Positions 25,272-32,000 of a stretch of 32,000 bases of DNA are shown here, one piece after another. Position 1 is the first letter of the stretch. Every line of letters starts with the position of its first letter. The stretch comes from Crocosphaera subtropica ATCC 51142 (GTDB taxonomy: Bacteria > Cyanobacteriota > Cyanobacteriia > Cyanobacteriales > Microcystaceae). The notes beneath the pieces are model-generated. The model worked only from the letters and a program-made list of their open reading frames with translations, did not search any database and had not been told where the DNA came from. The DNA lies in NCBI RefSeq assembly GCF_000017845.1, contig NC_010546.1, positions 2,100,001 to 2,132,000 on the forward strand. Reading direction: 5' to 3'. Both the position numbers and the translations under genes were made by a program.

Positions 25272-25622
25272 CTAAAATGTCTTACCATTCCATCCCCACA
25301 TACTACCTTTAGCATCAGCAAATTCGATATAAGTCCGATTTTTATCAACCCCTAATGTATCTTCAATGACTTGACAAAAATCATCACTCATGGCTTTAGT
25401 TTGTGAAGGACTCATATTACCCACACTTTTAACTTCTAAGTAACAAACAGGATCAAAAGTTCCTGAGAAAGTCATCTTAATATCTGAGTCAAAAGAAGTC
25501 ATAACATAGGATTCAGGTTTACCTAAATGTTGGGCTAATTTAGCTGATAAAGTTGTCAGCAAAGATTCAATAACGTTTGATTCTGGTTGAGAAACAGATG
25601 TTTTTACTTGAATTAATGGCAT
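25272..25622 (-). CDS. MIF / tautomerase-superfamily protein (macrophage migration inhibitory factor homologue)
   Basis: 116 aa starting MP (Pro-1). LAQHLGKPESYV, a beta-alpha-beta duplication, and a C-terminal WGWNGKTF that parallels the vertebrate MIF ending VGWNNSTF. Confidence 0.85.
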   Translation of the reverse strand: MPLIQVKTSVSQPESNVIESLLTTLSAKLAQHLGKPESYVMTSFDSDIKMTFSGTFDPVCYLEVKSVGNMSPSQTKAMSDDFCQVIEDTLGVDKNRTYIEFADAKGSMWGWNGKTF

Positions 25623-25691
25623 GATAAGTTCTGTTTTTTACTAATTAAAAACTGGTGAGTTGTGAATTTTAATTCCTAAATTTTTATAATT

Positions 25692-26174
25692 TTATCCGCC
25701 GTATTGCCATCCTGTACTTTCTAAGTTCAAAGCTTTTCCTTCTCGGTGTATTCCTGCGCTAATCACTTCACCAACATAAACAGTATGATCTCCTTTCTCC
25801 ACTGATCCTACTACTTGACATTCTACATAGCCTAAAGAATCTTTAATGATAGGACATCCTGTTTTTTCTCCTTCATAAAATTCCACGTCTTCAAATTTAT
25901 TACCCACACGACTTTGAGGTTTAAAAAATTTAGCCGCTAAGTCTTTTTGTCCCTCTTCTAAGAAGCTAATGGAGAAAACACCATTTTTTTTGAGCATTTC
26001 ATGGGAACCAGAATCCTTTTTAACACAGTTAACCACTAAAGGAGGTTCAAAGGAACTCTGCATTAACCAACTAACAGTGAACCCATTTAGATTTTCCCCA
26101 TCTTTAACTCCACAAATATAAAGTCCGTGGGGAATTTTTCTGAGCATTGTTTTTTTTGCTTTTTCGTCTAACAA
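25692..26174 (-). CDS. Flavin reductase-like FMN-binding domain protein
   Basis: LNGFTVSWLMQSSFEPPLVV and GDHTVYVGEV are typical of the flavin reductase (split-barrel) domain. The TTG start is preceded by GGAGGA at a 7-nt spacing. Confidence 0.8.
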   Translation of the reverse strand: MLDEKAKKTMLRKIPHGLYICGVKDGENLNGFTVSWLMQSSFEPPLVVNCVKKDSGSHEMLKKNGVFSISFLEEGQKDLAAKFFKPQSRVGNKFEDVEFYEGEKTGCPIIKDSLGYVECQVVGSVEKGDHTVYVGEVISAGIHREGKALNLESTGWQYGG

Positions 26175-26311
26175 AGTAATTTTCCTCCTAATTTATTTTT
26201 GTTTTTTGATAATATTTTCTGCTACTTTTGGCTGGTAAGAAAATAATGATCAGTTCTATAATATCAAAAAATGAATCTAATTGCACTGATTGATATTTTT
26301 TCTATTTTTAG

Positions 26312-27550
26312 TTAAACTGTAGAATCTAGTTGTTCAAATAAAGAAGCTAAAATAGTATTCGACAATAAGAAACCGTCAGGATCACTTAGCATTATTTTCT
26401 GGATACTTTGCCAAGTATTATCATTTAGGTCTGTAATAAGATCGTCATTGATATTTTTAAAGTAAACTAATCCTCCTTGACAATAAGGAATTAGAGTTTT
26501 ATAAATTGTTTCAATTATATTTTTGTCAAATCGTCTAGTAATTGCTGATAAATCAACACCTTTTTGTAGTCTCAATCCTAACATTAAACTTTCTAATAAA
26601 ATATCAACTTTACTTAAATTAGGAGAAGCAATACTATAACCTGATTGTTTCAATTGGTTGATCCATTCATAGTAACTTTTTCGAGTTTTGGGACGAGTAA
26701 ATCTTTGATTATTTGTATAACTTGCTGCTCCCATACCGAAGCCATAATAAGGTTTATTTTCCCAGTAAACAAGGTTATGACGACATTGATAACCTGATTT
26801 GGCATAATTAGAAATCTCATAATGTTCATACCCTGCTTCTGTTAATTTTTGCTGAGTTATTGTATACATTTGCGAAGTATCTTGATCATTAGGCAAAGGA
26901 AATTTACCTGGTTTATATTGTTTACCAAAAGCTGTTACGGGTTCTAATACTAAATCGTAGCAAGAAATATGAGTTGGATTGATTCTAATAGCTTGTTGTA
27001 AAGAAAGTTTCCAAGTTTCTAAGTTTTGATAAGGAAGACCAGACATTAAATCTAAACTAAAATTTTTAATCTTATTTTGATGAATAAAATCAATCGCCTG
27101 TCCAATATCTTTATATCGATGAAACCGTCCACATTTTTCTAATAATTCATCATCAAAAGATTGAACCCCTAAACTGAACCGATTTACGCCTAATTTTTTA
27201 TAATCAGATAATTGTTCTAAAGTAAAAGTTCCTGGGTCCATTTCTAGAGAGATTTCTGCATCCGAATTAATTCCAAAATGTTCATCCAAAGTGAGCAAAA
27301 TTTTTTCTAAATAAGGAGGAGGTAATAAAGATGGAGTCCCTCCCCCGAAAAAAATTGTTTCTAAAGGGAGATGACAACTGGGAGTGATTTTGATTTCTTC
27401 ACATAAAAACTCAACATATTCTGCAATAGAACTGGATTGATTGATATCCACTTTATCCCCTAAAACAGAGATAGGGAAATCACAATAGTAACAACGACGA
27501 CGACAAAAAGGAATATGAAGATAAGCTGAAACAGGCATAAGAATTTCCAT
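26312..27550 (-). CDS. hemW: Radical-SAM heme chaperone HemW (HemN-like, oxygen-independent coproporphyrinogen oxidase family)
   Basis: YLHIPFCRRRCYYCDF (CxxxCxxC), FFGGGTPS, and a C-terminal HemN_C-like region. An alternative start is MPVSAY at 27538. Confidence 0.85.
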   Translation of the reverse strand: MEILMPVSAYLHIPFCRRRCYYCDFPISVLGDKVDINQSSSIAEYVEFLCEEIKITPSCHLPLETIFFGGGTPSLLPPPYLEKILLTLDEHFGINSDAEISLEMDPGTFTLEQLSDYKKLGVNRFSLGVQSFDDELLEKCGRFHRYKDIGQAIDFIHQNKIKNFSLDLMSGLPYQNLETWKLSLQQAIRINPTHISCYDLVLEPVTAFGKQYKPGKFPLPNDQDTSQMYTITQQKLTEAGYEHYEISNYAKSGYQCRHNLVYWENKPYYGFGMGAASYTNNQRFTRPKTRKSYYEWINQLKQSGYSIASPNLSKVDILLESLMLGLRLQKGVDLSAITRRFDKNIIETIYKTLIPYCQGGLVYFKNINDDLITDLNDNTWQSIQKIMLSDPDGFLLSNTILASLFEQLDSTV

Positions 27551-27743
27551 AGATTCTTAAAAGTTGTAAAATTTTTCGATACATTACTGAACGGGTTAGA
27601 GTAACATAGTCAGCAATAGATTAAGAATCAACAAGAATGAGTTAGATGAAAGGGATATAATAGATAAAATAATCTGAATCAGGTAGAAAAATCTTGTAAT
27701 TTTTTCTTCTCAACTACCAAAATTATAGATTAAGATCAAAACT

Positions 27744-28826
27744 ATGATTGATGCCATTATTATTCTCATATTTATCATAGCAGCAGCCGGAGTGGGCTTC
27801 GATAGCGTTGATTTGCTTCCTGTAGAAGTACAACAACAAATCTCTAATATCGAGGCTTTAAGGTGGTTAGCAGCAGGTTTTACCTCAATTTTGGGCTTAG
27901 CCTTCGGATTGGTCGCCCAGACGACTTATAGGCGTTTAGAAAACCGTATTAGTACCACGCCCATTGAAGTCATTTTAACCAGGGCTGTCGGGCTAGTGAT
28001 TGGTTTACTGATTGCTAATCTGATGTTAGCCCCCATTTTTCTCCTTCCTATCCCCAAGGAGTTGGCTTTTATTAAGCCGATGACAGCTATTTTGGGGAGT
28101 GTGGTGTTTTCCTTTATGGGGGTTAGTTTAGCGGATACCCATGGGCGCACTTTCTTACGACTAATTAACCCCAATAGTATCGAAACCCTCTTAGTAGCTG
28201 AAGGAACCTTACAAGCAGCCTCAACCAAGGTTGTCGATACCAGTTGTATTATTGATGGTCGTATTGAACAATTGCTTCATACGGGGTTTATCGAAGGGCA
28301 AATTTTGATCCCCCAGTTCGTTTTACAAGAGTTACAACAATTAGCCGACGGTAGTAACGATCAAAAACGAGTCAGGGGAAGACGGGGATTAGATATCTTA
28401 AATAGAATGCAAGAATCTTTTCCTAAACGTATTCTGATTCATTCTGCTGACTATGAAGATATTGCGACGGTTGATGCTAAGTTAGTTCATCTTGCTCAAG
28501 AAATCAACGGAACCCTTTTGACCAATGACTACAACTTGAGTAAAGTGGCGAACTTACAAAAAGTGACCATTCTCAATGTTAATGATATTGCCCAAGCTAT
28601 TCGTCCTATTTATTTGCCAGGTGACACCATCGACCTAAAAATCCTCAAGTTAGGGAAAGAACCCACTCAAGGGGTAGGCTATCTTGAAGATGGGACGATG
28701 GTGGTGGTAGAAGAAGGCAAAGAGTACATCGGAGAAGAATTAAGCGTTGTGGTAACCTCTGCTTTACAAACTTCCGCCGGTCGGATGATTTTTGCTAAAC
28801 CTCAGTCGGTGATTGCTTCATCATAG
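27744..28826 (+). CDS. Membrane-anchored PIN + TRAM domain protein (YacL-like)
   Basis: Four N-terminal TM helices, a PIN core (VVDTSCIIDGRI ... LLTNDYNL), and a C-terminal TRAM-like beta barrel (GVGYLEDGTMVVVEEG). Confidence 0.75.
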   Translation: MIDAIIILIFIIAAAGVGFDSVDLLPVEVQQQISNIEALRWLAAGFTSILGLAFGLVAQTTYRRLENRISTTPIEVILTRAVGLVIGLLIANLMLAPIFLLPIPKELAFIKPMTAILGSVVFSFMGVSLADTHGRTFLRLINPNSIETLLVAEGTLQAASTKVVDTSCIIDGRIEQLLHTGFIEGQILIPQFVLQELQQLADGSNDQKRVRGRRGLDILNRMQESFPKRILIHSADYEDIATVDAKLVHLAQEINGTLLTNDYNLSKVANLQKVTILNVNDIAQAIRPIYLPGDTIDLKILKLGKEPTQGVGYLEDGTMVVVEEGKEYIGEELSVVVTSALQTSAGRMIFAKPQSVIASS

Positions 28827-28833
28827 AAGGCTA

Positions 28834-28873
28834 TTGGCGATCTTTATTGGCCTTTGACCATAGCGATCGCCAA
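28834..28873. terminator. Possible bidirectional terminator hairpin between convergent genes
   Basis: TTGGCGATC(28834-28842)/GATCGCCAA(28865-28873), a 9-bp stem with a 22-nt loop. The right arm embeds a HIP1 site. Confidence 0.3.
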
Positions 28874-28884
28874 ACAAAATCAAC

Positions 28885-31800
28885 TTATAGAACCAATTCA
28901 ATCACATTAGCTACGATGTTAATATTTAGTGCATCAGGCAAGATACCTGGTAACTCAATGCCTTGATTATTACCTAAATCAAGAAAAGTGTTGCCATTTT
29001 GTTCAATTAACTGGAGGGACTGAGAATCGATATTTTGGAGACGAATTTTATCCCCTGACTCGAAGTCTTCAATGCGATCGCGTCCTTCATTGGCACTAAA
29101 GTTAAAGATATCGCCACCACTACCCCCATTGAGAACGTCGTTACCAGCACCACCCGTTAGCACGTCGTTACCTGTACCACCACTTAAAGTATCGTTACCT
29201 GTGCTACCGGTCAAAATATCATTGCCAGCGTTACCATCAATCAAGTCATCTCCGCTAGTCCCTTCAATGATGTCGTCTCCTTTGGTTCCTGCGATCGTTG
29301 TTACCCCTGTGGCCAAATCATAAGAAGATTTGGGAGTTTCTGAAATCTGAGAGTTGTCAGATATGGAGTTAGCAACAGGGGTAGTTTCTTCATAAACTTG
29401 AATATTAGAGAAAATACTTTCTGCTGTTGGGTTAGAGACATCATGATCATTAGTGAAGGTAAGATAATTCATCTGTCCCGTATAGAACTGTCCTACCTCA
29501 ATACGGTAATGTTGCCACTGTCCTGTTGATTTTTCATAATTATCAAATGTTTGATTCCCCCAATTACTTTGGGTGCCATACAATTGGAAGGTCAAATTAC
29601 TACTAATGCTATTATCATTATCAAAACCAATGCCATGAATTTCACCAGGTTGGGAACTATAGAAATCAAACTCTAGGACGGTATTAGCAGTAACTTCATA
29701 AGGCATAGCAATTTTTTTCCAGCCATTACCTGTAATTCTTAAACTGTTCCCGTCGTCTTCAATCGTTGTGGTTGCGTTGATATCTTGACTACTATCGTAG
29801 GATTCAATAACATAATCCTTGAAGGATAAAGTATTGGAAGAGATAGGTTGATTGACATTCACTGAAACTGTTCCTTTGCCTAAACCACCTTTGGTATCAC
29901 TGATGATGTAATCAAAGGTCGAAATCCCTGAAAAATTAGTATCGGGAGTAAAAATAACATCTCCATTACTATCTAATTGAATAGTACCATTAACAGGATT
30001 ATTAACATCGGTTAAACTAATGGAATCACCATCAGGATCACTATCATTGGTAAGTAAAGTAGTTGCTGAAATTGTAACTGGGGTGTTGATATTTGTTGTT
30101 ACATTGTCGTCAGCAGCCACAGGATTATTGTTCAAATCTAGAGGTGTATTCTCATAAACCTGAAGATTAGAAAAAATACTTTCTGCTGTTGGGTTAGAAA
30201 CATCATGATCATTAGTGAAGGTAAGATAATTCATCTGTCCCGTATAGAACTGTCCTACCTCAATACGGTAATGTTGCCACTGTCCTGTTGATTTTTCATA
30301 ATTATCAAATGTTTGATTCCCCCAATTACTTTGGGTGCCATACAATTGGAAGGTCAAATTACTACTAATGCTATTATCATTATCAAAGCCAATGCCTTGA
30401 ATTTCTCCTTGTTGGGAACTGAAGAAATCAAACTCTAAAATGGTGTCAGTTGTAACTTGGTAAGGCATAGCAATTTTTTTCCAGCCATTACCTGTAATTC
30501 TTAAACTGTTCCCGTCGTCTTCAATCGTTGTGGTTGCGTTGATATCTTGACTACTATCGTAGGATTCAATAACATAATCCTTGAAGGATAAAGTGCCTGT
30601 AGGAGAAGGATTATCTACGGCATTAACTGTTAGGTTAACTGTAGCTGTATCTGTCTGTCCGTTTAAATCAGCAACAGTATAGACAAAGCTATCACTTCCA
30701 CTAAAATTGGTATCGGGTGTGTAAGTTAGAGTCCCATCTCCATTGTCCACAATTTTCCCATGATCAGGTTGACTAATATTGCTAACAAAAATTAAATCGC
30801 CATCAGGATCACTATCATTAGCTAGAACATCAATAACGACCGATTGGTTTTCATTGACTTGTGCTGTATCGTTAACCGCAACAGGCGAAGAATTAGAATC
30901 GCCGACAGATGTAGATAAGTTACCAATAAAAACATTATCAATGGCTTGAAATTCACCTAGAGATTGATTAACACCCCATGTAGAAAATCTTACGGCAATA
31001 AATTCATATCCTTTTTCCCCAAAATCAATATTATTCCAACTAAATGTTGTCCAGTCAAAACTATTGTTCCCAATATTACCACTATCCAGCAGTAAGCTTG
31101 CTTCTACAGGAATTGTATCCATAGTAGATGCAATCTTGTCGTCCCATACACTCATAGAAAATGGACCATTAATACCATAAACCTGTAATCTTAAGGTGTT
31201 TGAACCGAGATTAGTTGCATCGAAACTAACAGTTTGCAAACCACGAGTTACACCTTGGTCATTAATAGACTGAACAAGTCTCCCTACACCAGTTTCTTTG
31301 ACGGCATAAGCCCAGCCATTGATAACATCTCGGCCCCACATACCATGATCTTTGTTTTGATACCAACCTTGATTAAACCAGTTGACTGTTACATAGGTCT
31401 GTTTAAAATTTGGATCATCGTTACCAAAATCACTAAATTTAACAACATTTGCATAAGGGCTGTAGTCAACCTCTATTTGTTGAGTATTGGTTACCGTATT
31501 ACCTTGTATATCTGTTACCTTAAGAGTGGCATAGTAAGTGCCTGGTTTATCGTAGCTGTGAGTAGTATAGCGACCAAAATCGTCAATAATTCCATCATTA
31601 TCAAAATCCCAGGCAAAGGAGGCAATAGTATTATCCCCAGCAGTATTAGGATCGTTTTTAGAATCAGTCCATTCAGGAATATAGTCAGGATCTAAAGATG
31701 CACTAGCATCGAAACTTATAGCAAGCCCTCCCTTGGGAGAGTTAGTAAATTCAGCAATTGGAGTTGTATCGGTACTAGGAATTTCAAAGATAGTATTTCC

Positions 31801-32000
31801 TTTAATTTCAAAATAAGGTGTTACAGGCGGGTTATTGTTAAAAGGATTTGTTGGTTCAAAAGTTGATAAATTGCCTTCTCGACCTGATGCTGGATAAAGA
31901 TTGTAAATATTATTTTCGAAGATACCTCCTATTAATTGACTTTGATTATACTTAATTTCCGAATTGTAGCCCTGGGAACCAGTTTGAGGTATGGTTGCAC
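28885..32000 (-). CDS. Large secreted PKD / cadherin-like / RTX (T1SS-type) repeat protein; N-terminus outside the window
   Basis: The listed ORF starts at Met 31341, but I translated the same frame to base 32000 and found no stop. Upstream it reads ...FAWDFDNDGIIDDFGRYTTHSYDKPGTYYATLKVTDIQGN (PKD). Downstream there are two VNDxA..DVLANDSDPDGD cadherin-like domains and two ~148-aa unknown modules. Seven GGxGxD nonapeptides (29098-29292) and an acidic C-terminal tail follow. Confidence 0.85.
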   Translation of the reverse strand, partial: ATIPQTGSQGYNSEIKYNQSQLIGGIFENNIYNLYPASGREGNLSTFEPTNPFNNNPPVTPYFEIKGNTIFEIPSTDTTPIAEFTNSPKGGLAISFDASASLDPDYIPEWTDSKNDPNTAGDNTIASFAWDFDNDGIIDDFGRYTTHSYDKPGTYYATLKVTDIQGNTVTNTQQIEVDYSPYANVVKFSDFGNDDPNFKQTYVTVNWFNQGWYQNKDHGMWGRDVINGWAYAVKETGVGRLVQSINDQGVTRGLQTVSFDATNLGSNTLRLQVYGINGPFSMSVWDDKIASTMDTIPVEASLLLDSGNIGNNSFDWTTFSWNNIDFGEKGYEFIAVRFSTWGVNQSLGEFQAIDNVFIGNLSTSVGDSNSSPVAVNDTAQVNENQSVVIDVLANDSDPDGDLIFVSNISQPDHGKIVDNGDGTLTYTPDTNFSGSDSFVYTVADLNGQTDTATVNLTVNAVDNPSPTGTLSFKDYVIESYDSSQDINATTTIEDDGNSLRITGNGWKKIAMPYQVTTDTILEFDFFSSQQGEIQGIGFDNDNSISSNLTFQLYGTQSNWGNQTFDNYEKSTGQWQHYRIEVGQFYTGQMNYLTFTNDHDVSNPTAESIFSNLQVYENTPLDLNNNPVAADDNVTTNINTPVTISATTLLTNDSDPDGDSISLTDVNNPVNGTIQLDSNGDVIFTPDTNFSGISTFDYIISDTKGGLGKGTVSVNVNQPISSNTLSFKDYVIESYDSSQDINATTTIEDDGNSLRITGNGWKKIAMPYEVTANTVLEFDFYSSQPGEIHGIGFDNDNSISSNLTFQLYGTQSNWGNQTFDNYEKSTGQWQHYRIEVGQFYTGQMNYLTFTNDHDVSNPTAESIFSNIQVYEETTPVANSISDNSQISETPKSSYDLATGVTTIAGTKGDDIIEGTSGDDLIDGNAGNDILTGSTGNDTLSGGTGNDVLTGGAGNDVLNGGSGGDIFNFSANEGRDRIEDFESGDKIRLQNIDSQSLQLIEQNGNTFLDLGNNQGIELPGILPDALNINIVANVIELVL
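29386..29833 (-). repeat. Intragenic repeat copy 2 (aa 505-652)
   Basis: Same as above. Differences are concentrated at 29632..29697. Confidence 0.9.
30148..30595 (-). repeat. Intragenic repeat copy 1 (unknown ~148-aa module, aa 251-398 of the listed ORF)
   Basis: Near-identical at the DNA level to 29386..29833, with a 762-bp period. Confidence 0.9.

Noticed and set aside
29072-29323. 83-aa + strand proline/leucine-rich ORF
   Set aside because: It is antisense to the RTX GGxGxD nonapeptide repeats of the large minus-strand gene and is a repeat artefact.
29632-30459. Diversity-generating retroelement (DGR) target as an explanation for the divergent patch between the two repeats
   Set aside because: The substitutions are not adenine-specific (A/G, A/T, T/C, GG/AA and others), synonymous sites differ too, and no reverse transcriptase or template repeat is in the window.
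31234-31695. 153-aa + strand ORF
   Set aside because: It lies entirely opposite the open minus-strand frame that encodes a clear PKD domain. Its composition is hydrophobic and low complexity, typical of an antisense frame in AT-rich DNA.
31342-32000. Possible frameshift or pseudogene, or a separate upstream gene, because the listed adhesin ORF starts at Met 31341
   Set aside because: I translated the same minus-strand frame codon by codon from 31342 to 32000 and found no stop and no Met. The track simply starts at the first Met, and the gene continues beyond the window.
1-32000. CRISPR arrays, rRNA genes, NtcA-type GTA-N8-TAC sites in intergenic regions, and known defence operons
   Set aside because: No short direct repeats with regular spacers were seen; the only regular large repeats are coding (762-bp period in the adhesin gene). 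A cursory scan of intergenic regions gave no convincing GTA-N8-TAC site, and no gene set resembles restriction-modification, toxin-antitoxin, CBASS, retron or similar systems. The PIN/TRAM protein is the conserved membrane-anchored housekeeping type, not a VapC toxin.

Overview
This looks like a chromosomal segment of a low-GC cyanobacterium. That is an inference from 13 perfect HIP1 octamers (GCGATCGC) and cyanobacteria-typical genes (phytol kinase, DUF1350, DUF92, a PEP-CTERM protein). It resembles Crocosphaera/Cyanothece, but I cannot verify this. I support about 29 protein genes and one tRNA-Lys(UUU). Most genes are housekeeping: NDP-sugar pyrophosphorylase/PMM fusion, aldose epimerase, phytol kinase, NUDIX, FGGY kinase, MgtC/DUF4010, glmU, accD, hemW and a PIN/TRAM protein. 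Three islands look accessory. (i) 11.4-14.7 kb holds five co-directional signal-peptide proteins of unknown function. The last is a PEP-CTERM protein with a 58-residue periodic repeat, and its core motif G-x-x-N-x-[VIA]-x-Q-x-x-x-Q also occurs three times in the first small protein. (ii) 23.6-25.1 kb holds a solo TnpB (IS200/IS605 OrfB, no TnpA) with intact RuvC and zinc-ribbon residues and a strong hairpin across its stop codon, a candidate omega-RNA region. (iii) 28.9-32.0 kb holds the C-terminal >1000 aa of a large PKD / cadherin-like / RTX secreted protein that runs off the window and contains two near-identical ~445-bp internal repeats. Other notable items are a 188-bp MITE-like element at 19.4-19.6 kb with a partial copy at 16.8 kb, a bacterial MIF/tautomerase homologue, and a hydantoinase-A-only ORF. 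I saw no CRISPR array, rRNA or recognisable defence operon. All family assignments come from reading motifs by eye, with no database search.
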